The notes beneath the pieces are model-generated. The model was not told where the DNA came from. It was given only the letters and a program-made list of their open reading frames with translations, and did not search any database. Made by a program: the position numbers and the translations under genes. A DNA stretch of 13,886 nucleotides from a bacterium. Lineage in GTDB: Bacteria > Zhuqueibacterota > Zhuqueibacteria > Oceanimicrobiales > Oceanimicrobiaceae. Positions 1-5,794 of this stretch are shown here, one piece after another (positions within the stretch are counted from its first letter, which is position 1; the number at the start of each line of letters is the position of its first letter). The DNA lies in the NCBI GenBank assembly GCA_046757165.1, contig JBHHXT010000118.1, positions 1 to 13,886 on the forward strand. The letters are read 5' to 3'.

Positions 1-59
1 CAGTTTACCCACTTATTCTTTATTATGAGTGCTTTACTTTATTACTGCTAACGCCCGGT

Positions 60-383
60 TCACGGAATCCGGGCAAGCTTGATCGCCGTCCCCTCGACGT
101 AGACTTGATAGCAGCCCAGATCGGCCTGGTGCGGCCCTTCCAACCCCTTGCCGGTTTTCAAGTCAAACCTGGCGCCGTGCCAGGGACAGGTGACCACCCC
201 ATCTGCGACCTCGCCGGTGCTCAACGCCGCCTGGCGGTGGGGACATAAATTGTCGACAGCAAAGAACTCGCCGTTGACTTTGAAAATTACGATTTCTTTC
301 TGCTTGAAATAGACCACACGACGGCTCGTCGCTACAAAGTCATGTGTGGTTGCCAGCGTTGGCGGATGATTCTCGTCCTGCAT
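60..383 (-). CDS. Rieske [2Fe-2S] ferredoxin (NirD/dioxygenase ferredoxin-like), 107 aa
   Basis: Both Rieske boxes present: FAVDNLCPHRQA (CxH) and VTCPWHGARFDLKTG (CxxH). Same strand as, and downstream of, the sigma-54 activator. Confidence 0.9.
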   Translation of the reverse strand: MQDENHPPTLATTHDFVATSRRVVYFKQKEIVIFKVNGEFFAVDNLCPHRQAALSTGEVADGVVTCPWHGARFDLKTGKGLEGPHQADLGCYQVYVEGTAIKLARIP

Positions 384-410
384 GCTCTTCGATTTGAATG
401 ATATTACTTA

Positions 411-514
411 CTGGTTCCCACGCTCCGCGTCAAGCAAAGGGACGCAGAGCGTCACGCCCGGGGGTTCCAACGCAGAGCGTCACGCCCGGTTCCAACGCAG
501 AGCGTTGGAACCAG
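411..514. repeat. REP/MITE-like palindromic element
   Basis: Terminal inverted repeat CTGGTTCCCACGCTCCGCGT (411-430) / ACGCAGAGCGTTGGAACCAG (495-514), 18/20 match. Core ACGCAGAGCGT at 442, 470 and 495. Perfect hairpin GGTTCCAACGC-AGA-GCGTTGGAACC at 488-512. Confidence 0.75.
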
Positions 515-548
515 ACTAGACTACCAGACCGTTCAACCAGACCGTTCA
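510..548. repeat. 13-bp-period tandem repeat overlapping the activator stop codon
   Basis: ACCAGAC at 510, 523 and 536. ACCAGACCGTTCA is duplicated exactly at 523-535 and 536-548. Confidence 0.7.
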
Positions 549-2504
549 CTGCGAAATATTGTACTCTCTCATCTTGCGCCACAACGTGGTTCTGCCAATG
601 CCCAGAATCTTGGTGACCAGATCATAGTTCCAGTTGTGCTGCCTGAGCAGAGAGGCGATGTGGCGCTTCTCCAGCTCCTTGAGCGTCAGATCGCCTGAGT
701 AGAGATTGTGATGTGAAGGCTTGCTGTTGGTCAACGCCGGCGGCAGATCTTCCACGCTCAGGAACTGACCGGAAGCAAGCGCGACGGCTCGTTCGATCGC
801 ATTCTCCAGCTCGCGTACATTGCCCTGCCAGGAATAGTCGCACAGCAGCTTCTGCGCTTCCTCATCCAGGCCATAGACTGTTTTGTGGATTTGAGTCGCA
901 TACTTCTTGATGAAGAACTCTGCCAGGGGCAGAATGTCCTCGGTGCGTTCCCGCAGCGGGGGCAGCGTAATCTGAATGACGTTTAGACGGTAATATAAAT
1001 CCTTGCGAAATCGACCTTCGTCGACCATTTGCGCCAGGTCCCGGTTGGTTGCGGTGATGACGCGCACATCGAGCTCGAGCGTTTCGTTGCTGCCCACCGG
1101 TTTGACTTCGCCTTCCTGCAGGAAGCGCAGCAGTTTCACCTGCGTCGCCGGCGAGGTCTCGCCGATCTCGTCAAGAAAAATTGTACCGCGGTTGGCGGCT
1201 TCTATCAGCCCCTTCTTGTTGCTGCTGGCGCCCGTGAAAGCCCCTTTGACGTGCCCAAACAGTTCGCTCTCCAGCAGCGTCTCAGGAATTGCGCCACAGT
1301 TCACCGCGATGAAAGGATGGTTGACGCGCGCGCTGTGTTCGTGAATCGCCTTCGCCACCAGCTCCTTCCCCGTGCCGCTCTCACCATCGATCAACACGGA
1401 AATGTCGCTCTGGGCAATGCGGGCCACCAAATCCATGATTTTCTGCATGGCCTGACTCTTGCCGATGATGTTGCCAAAGCGGTAGTGTTCGTTGGTTTTC
1501 ACCCAGGCATAAAAACTGCTGACTTCGCGCTCGATCAGGCGGTGGATGGAAACGGTAATTTTCTCATGCTCCTTGAGATTGGCGTTGACGATGTCTTCCA
1601 GGTCATCCTTGTCGTAGGAATAGACATTGTAGTGTCCGGTCAGCTTCGGCTTGTGGTCAGCCGCGTCAGGTCTCTCCAGCAGAGAAACCAGCAGCAGAGG
1701 CGCATTGTGGCGCTTGTGCATAATGCGAGAAATCTGGAGATCGAGCAGGGCCTCGCTCACCTGCTCGTCAAACAACAAGATCATGTCAACGCTCGGCACG
1801 ACCGCGGCCAGGGTTTCGCGTGCCACCAGCTTGCCACCGTAAGCGTCACATACCGCCTGAATCTCCTGACCCGTGTCGATAAACAGCAGGTGCCCGGCGT
1901 TTTTCTCCAGCAGTTTCTTTGCAAAGGGGACACACTCCTCCGTCTTCGCTGCAATCAGGGCGGTGTGGTTCTGAAGATCGCCAAAGATTTTCTGCGCCAA
2001 ATCGGAGACCACAGACGCCGGCGTGGTGGCGTTTCGTTGCAAATTATGCTCGATGCGCGTCTTTTCCGCCAACCATAAGCTGCGCTGATACAGCTTGCTC
2101 AGATGGGGCCCGATCAAATTGGCCTCGCGCGCTGCCGCAAACTGCTCGCGGAAACTCTGGATGTCCGGATCCGTAGCGCCCAATTCCCGGAGGCCAATCG
2201 CCCGCCGAAAGAACTCACGCAACGCCTCTGCCCCATCTTTGCCAGACAGATGTCTTGACAATTTTCTGCCGGACATGCCCAGGGTTCTTTCAAAGGCTTT
2301 TAGAAGCTCGGATTCGACCCTCTTTCGCTGTTCCGTTGATACGAACGTCTCGAGGACGTCCACACCCCGGCACACAAATAGCTCACTGACCTCAGTCTTT
2401 TGTGCAAGCTTGCGCAAAAACTCAGGGGTGACAGTCACATTCTGTACGATCTTGCCCCGGACTTCTGCTGTGTGCGAATCTATGCCAAAACAATGTATGG
2501 GCAT
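546..2504 (-). CDS. Sigma-54-dependent transcriptional activator (bEBP) with an N-terminal degenerate glutamyl-tRNA reductase (HemA)-like region, ~652 aa
   Basis: C-terminal half has Walker A GESGTGKE, LLESELFGHVKGAFTGA, Walker B FLDEIGE, FRKDLYYRLNV, WQGNVRELEN and a Fis HTH ILGIGRTTLWRKM. N-terminal half follows HemA landmarks (FGIDSHTA, EFFRRAIGL, LSKLYQRSLWLAEKTR, SDLAQKIFGDL, NVYSYDKDDLEDIV, EREVSSFYAW). ATG at 2504 is preferred over the track start at 2585 because it matches the HemA N-terminus and lies 7 nt past the upstream stop. Confidence 0.9.
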   Translation of the reverse strand: MPIHCFGIDSHTAEVRGKIVQNVTVTPEFLRKLAQKTEVSELFVCRGVDVLETFVSTEQRKRVESELLKAFERTLGMSGRKLSRHLSGKDGAEALREFFRRAIGLRELGATDPDIQSFREQFAAAREANLIGPHLSKLYQRSLWLAEKTRIEHNLQRNATTPASVVSDLAQKIFGDLQNHTALIAAKTEECVPFAKKLLEKNAGHLLFIDTGQEIQAVCDAYGGKLVARETLAAVVPSVDMILLFDEQVSEALLDLQISRIMHKRHNAPLLLVSLLERPDAADHKPKLTGHYNVYSYDKDDLEDIVNANLKEHEKITVSIHRLIEREVSSFYAWVKTNEHYRFGNIIGKSQAMQKIMDLVARIAQSDISVLIDGESGTGKELVAKAIHEHSARVNHPFIAVNCGAIPETLLESELFGHVKGAFTGASSNKKGLIEAANRGTIFLDEIGETSPATQVKLLRFLQEGEVKPVGSNETLELDVRVITATNRDLAQMVDEGRFRKDLYYRLNVIQITLPPLRERTEDILPLAEFFIKKYATQIHKTVYGLDEEAQKLLCDYSWQGNVRELENAIERAVALASGQFLSVEDLPPALTNSKPSHHNLYSGDLTLKELEKRHIASLLRQHNWNYDLVTKILGIGRTTLWRKMREYNISQ

Positions 2505-2511
2505 GGCCGTT

Positions 2512-3336
2512 CTATTGAAAGTTGTGGAATTTTGAGAAGAACGTCGTGACAATGATAAACGAAAAAAGTAACCAGTTGAATCCAACGACCGAAACGATAG
2601 CGGCGCGTTTTCCTTGCCATCCGATGGATCTTCTGGTCACAAAATGCACCAGATAGATGGCCCAGGAAACTAAGACTGCCAGCAGCTTCGGGTCGAGCAC
2701 CCACCGGCCTTCCCAGACGCTTAGACCCATGTATACTCCCATCAAAATGCCAACACTCACCAGCACCAATCCGATATTCACCGCCTGGTTGCTCAACCGG
2801 TCAAAAAACTCCAGCGAGGGCAGCCGTTCAAAGAAAATCCCCAGCTTCTTGCTCTGCATTTCCCGGGAAAGCAGAATGTACATGACACTTGTAATGAAAG
2901 AAATGGTGAACGCGGCGTAAGCCGATATCATGATCGCCACGTGCACCTCGAAAAACAAGCGGGTCAGCACAGATGCGAGGGGTTGGTCGATGTTGATGAA
3001 CAGATTGGAAATACACTGGAGCAAAACGATGACCGGCAAAAAGAAAACGCCCATGGTCATTTCTTTGAGCCGGATTTCCAGAATGAGGTAAACCAGGACG
3101 AAAAGCCAGGCAGAGGTGGTCAACACCATGAATGTGTTCCCCACCGGCAGATGACCTGAGTGCAAGCCCAATAGCAGCAGGTACACCGAATGCACCCCCA
3201 CCGCGCTCACCATCCATCGCCGAGTCAAGGTTGCCATGTGCTCTGTTTTGTGTCGAAACAGCGAGAGATAATACCAAAAGCTGGTCATGTAAGCGCCTAA
3301 GAGAAACCATGAGAATAAGCCGAGCAGTGTCTTCAC
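2512..3336 (-). CDS. ccsA: Cytochrome c assembly (CcsA/HemX-family) polytopic membrane protein
   Basis: About 8 hydrophobic segments, WWD-like motif WEGRWVLDPK, LPSLEFFDRL, and His at VGVHSVY, FEVHVAI and C-terminal FHNF. GTG at 3336 is preceded by GGGGAAGGA; TTG at 3351 is the alternative start. Confidence 0.85.
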   Translation of the reverse strand: MKTLLGLFSWFLLGAYMTSFWYYLSLFRHKTEHMATLTRRWMVSAVGVHSVYLLLLGLHSGHLPVGNTFMVLTTSAWLFVLVYLILEIRLKEMTMGVFFLPVIVLLQCISNLFINIDQPLASVLTRLFFEVHVAIMISAYAAFTISFITSVMYILLSREMQSKKLGIFFERLPSLEFFDRLSNQAVNIGLVLVSVGILMGVYMGLSVWEGRWVLDPKLLAVLVSWAIYLVHFVTRRSIGWQGKRAAIVSVVGFNWLLFSFIIVTTFFSKFHNFQ

Positions 3337-3381
3337 GGTATCCTTCCCCAAGTATTTTCGAGACTTGTTCAGATGTGACTT

Positions 3382-3396
3382 TTTTCATTTTGAAAA
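3382..3396. promoter_or_regulatory. Palindrome, candidate bEBP upstream activating sequence or autoregulatory operator
   Basis: TTTTCA-TTT-TGAAAA, a perfect 6+6 inverted repeat about 125 bp upstream of the candidate -24 box. Confidence 0.4.
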
Positions 3397-3520
3397 TATG
3401 AAATCAGGACTTGAAACGCAAGAAGTTTGAACATTTGATTGCAGGGTCGCAGCGGGCTGCAGTACGCGTCAAAAGCGGCTGGCACAAGCACGTAATCTGT
3501 GTGAAATATTTGTTTCATTT

Positions 3521-3537
3521 TGGCAACGTTTCTGCTA
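3521..3537 (+). promoter_or_regulatory. Candidate sigma-54 (-24/-12) promoter
   Basis: TGGCAACGTTTCTGCTA has exact GG-N10-GC spacing with TGGCA and TGCT flanks. It lies in the intergenic region divergent from the bEBP operon. Confidence 0.6.
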
Positions 3538-3549
3538 TATTGGGCTTTT

Positions 3550-3668
3550 GTGAAACGGCAAATGTGAAACAGCCAAGCCGGAACCTGGGAGAGCACTTGC
3601 TTGCTATTATTTCCCCAGCTCTCACCCCACGTTTCACGTTCACATCTGCCGTTTCACGTCTCACGTCT
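3550..3668. repeat. Inverted repeat built from heptamer units
   Basis: GTGAAACGGCAAATGTGAA (3550-3568) / TTCACATCTGCCGTTTCAC (3639-3657), 18/19 match. The right arm has ~7-nt periodicity: CACGTTT CACGTT CACATCT GCCGTTT CACGTCT CACGTCT (3628-3668). Confidence 0.7.
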
Positions 3669-3685
3669 AGCAGAGATAAACCAGA

Positions 3686-4381
3686 ATGAACAGGATCCGC
3701 TCTTTGCGCAAGCTGTGCTCGTTCATCTTTCGTGAGCACCGGGACAAGCTGCTCGGCAAACGCTTTCAGCCGAAACACAAACCCTGGATGAGGTACCGCG
3801 AGATTGAAGTCGTGCAAGAAATCTTGCGCAACCTGAACCCCGTATCGTGTCTGGAGTGGGGCGCCGGCTATAGCACGCTGTTTTTTCCACCGCAGCTCGC
3901 CCGCAAGGCCTCCTGGCTGGCGGTAGACCATGACGAGGCGTGGGCCCGGGAGATTCAGAACCAGCAGCCGAGGGCGATTGTTCGGATTCAGTACGTCGCC
4001 CCGAACCATTTTCCCTGGACCGACCCGTGGCAGGACGGCGCCTACCCGGACCTATTTGACTACGTAGAATATCCGCAGCAATTCGCCCCTTTTGACTTCA
4101 TCCTGGTCGATGGGCGTGCCCGAAACGACTGTATCAGAAAAGCGGTTACGCTCATCAAACCGGAAGGGATTGTCATCCTGCATGACGCCAATCGAGAGTA
4201 TTACCACCCCGAAACGGCCGCGTTTACGCACCAGATGCTTCTCAAGGGGTATCGCAAACATGCAGGAGGCCTCTGGATCGGCAGCCGGGCGCGCGCCATA
4301 GAAGAGGTGCTGGATGTGCAATTTCACCAAAGGGTCTGGCGACTTTGCCGACTCACGGGCGGAGCCAGGATTAAGTGTTGA
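3686..4381 (+). CDS. Class I SAM-dependent methyltransferase-like protein, 231 aa
   Basis: Motif I CLEWGAGYST, acidic AVDHD, FDFILVDGRAR and LIKPEGIVILHDA, typical of small glycan-cluster-associated methyltransferases. Confidence 0.8.
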   Translation: MNRIRSLRKLCSFIFREHRDKLLGKRFQPKHKPWMRYREIEVVQEILRNLNPVSCLEWGAGYSTLFFPPQLARKASWLAVDHDEAWAREIQNQQPRAIVRIQYVAPNHFPWTDPWQDGAYPDLFDYVEYPQQFAPFDFILVDGRARNDCIRKAVTLIKPEGIVILHDANREYYHPETAAFTHQMLLKGYRKHAGGLWIGSRARAIEEVLDVQFHQRVWRLCRLTGGARIKC

Positions 4382-4442
4382 TCTTCGTGCACCGTTAGAA
4401 TACATTTAGCCGTCGAAGTGGGCAAAATAGGAGGAGAACAAA

Positions 4443-5681
4443 CTGGTTACCATCGCCTGGATTGACGCACGGCACCCCATGTGCAACACAGTCTCGTGGG
4501 GATTGACGCTGCTGGAGAGAAATCTGCGCGTCCTGGAGAAACTCGGCATCAAGACCGTGGTTCTTCTGACGCCGCCGGATGTGGAGCCACACGCTCATTT
4601 TCGCCACCCCCTACCGAAAGAATTATCCATCCGTACCCACCGCGCCACGCAGGATGACCCCTGGCGCTCCCTGCGCAACACCCTCGCCGCTCAGGAGTCT
4701 GCCATTCTCGTTCTGGAAGGCAATTCGATCAACGACCCCCGCATTCTGTCACTGCTCATGCGTGCCGGCGACCCTTGTGCCGTTATTTCCCCTAACGGCA
4801 CCCATCCTGCGGGCGCAGGGGTCTTATCCGCAAAAGAAGCCCGCCTTTTCAAAAAGAAAAGCAACAGCACGCTAACTGAAGTTCTGCGCACCAACCTTCA
4901 CACGGCCAGACTGAGGCGCCTCGAGCTCGGAGACTTCGATTCATACATGAAGAATTTGCGCCGGCACATCTCGCCTTTCCTCATCCTGGTTGAAAACAAG
5001 GAGCAGATGCAGAACGCTGACCACTATCTCAAACAAACCGTGCACAAAGGAACCAACGACCTGGTGGCGAAGACGATCCACCCACCGCTCGAGTTTGGCT
5101 TGACTCGGTTGCTCGCGAGCACGCCCGTAACGCCTAACCTGGTCACCGGTGTCGGCATCCTCCTTTCAGCCTGCACCGTTTATTTGTTCGCCAGCGGGAA
5201 CCTGCTCACAGGCATCCTTCTCGCAGCGGTCAAAGGCGTCCTGGACGGTGTTGATGGCAAGCTGGCGCGTCTGCTGCTCAAATACAGCAAGGCCGGAGAC
5301 TTGCTCGACCACGTCGGCGACACCGTGTTCGATGCTCTCTGGTACCTGGCACTCGGGTGGCATTTCTCGCAAGGGGAGGTGACCTCCCCGGCAGCCGTCA
5401 TGACCTGGATTCTTTTCGGGGCCTACTGGGTAGAGCGCATCGTGCCCGGGATTTTCAAGAAACTGCACGGATACGAAATTTACGATTATGCAAAAGTCGA
5501 CCGGTTCATGCGTCTCATTGGCAGCAGAATGAACAACAATGTCTGGGTTCTGATGATAGGCATTCTTTCAGGGTTTGCCCGGGAGACTTTTTATTTTGTC
5601 AGTTTGTGGATGCTGGCGACAGCAGGATGGCACAGCTTCAGGTTGGTCTACGTCACACTCCGATCAGCCCGGCAGGATTAG
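4443..5681 (+). CDS. CDP-alcohol phosphotransferase family protein with a degenerate N-terminal nucleotidyltransferase-like domain (IPCT/DIPPS-like architecture)
   Basis: Signature LDGVDGKLAR...GDLLDHVGD plus VTPNLVT and C-terminal TM helices. N-terminal GLTLLERNLRVLEKLGIKTVV resembles NTP-transferase domains. Start probably CTG 4443 (AGGAGG 8 nt upstream); the first ATG is at 4479. Confidence 0.85.
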   Translation: MVTIAWIDARHPMCNTVSWGLTLLERNLRVLEKLGIKTVVLLTPPDVEPHAHFRHPLPKELSIRTHRATQDDPWRSLRNTLAAQESAILVLEGNSINDPRILSLLMRAGDPCAVISPNGTHPAGAGVLSAKEARLFKKKSNSTLTEVLRTNLHTARLRRLELGDFDSYMKNLRRHISPFLILVENKEQMQNADHYLKQTVHKGTNDLVAKTIHPPLEFGLTRLLASTPVTPNLVTGVGILLSACTVYLFASGNLLTGILLAAVKGVLDGVDGKLARLLLKYSKAGDLLDHVGDTVFDALWYLALGWHFSQGEVTSPAAVMTWILFGAYWVERIVPGIFKKLHGYEIYDYAKVDRFMRLIGSRMNNNVWVLMIGILSGFARETFYFVSLWMLATAGWHSFRLVYVTLRSARQD

Positions 5682-5682
5682 T

Positions 5683-5719
5683 GGGGTGTTCACGCTTTAG
5701 CGTGTTTTCCCCTCACCCC
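5683..5719 (+). terminator. Possible weak terminator hairpin between convergent genes
   Basis: CACGC-TTTA-GCGTG (5691-5704) followed by TTTT, inside an outer GGGGTG/CACCCC pair. Confidence 0.3.
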
Positions 5720-5794
5720 GGCAAGCTGAAGCTTGTACACCAACCCCCCCCGGTCACGCAGCCTAACCAAAAGTCTACAGCCTATCTACCTGAA

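Noticed and set aside
411..548. CRISPR array
   Set aside because: The repeats are short, nested and palindromic with no unique 30-40 nt spacers, and no cas genes are present.
398..616. 72-aa plus-strand ORF
   Set aside because: It is a translation of the palindromic repeat and overlaps the bEBP 3' end on the opposite strand.
1029..2078. 349-aa plus-strand ORF
   Set aside because: Antisense shadow of the bEBP gene with no recognisable motifs.
1490..2504. Calling the gene a functional hemA
   Set aside because: The TCNR catalytic motif, the GExQI motif and the GAGEM loop are absent, and the dimerisation domain is replaced.
2505..2585. Track start at 2585 for the bEBP
   Set aside because: It overlaps the ccsA 3' end by over 70 nt, and HemA similarity begins at Met 2504.
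3480..3496. Sigma-54 promoter at TGGCACAAGCACGTAA
   Set aside because: The -24 box is perfect but there is no GC at the required GG-N10-GC distance.
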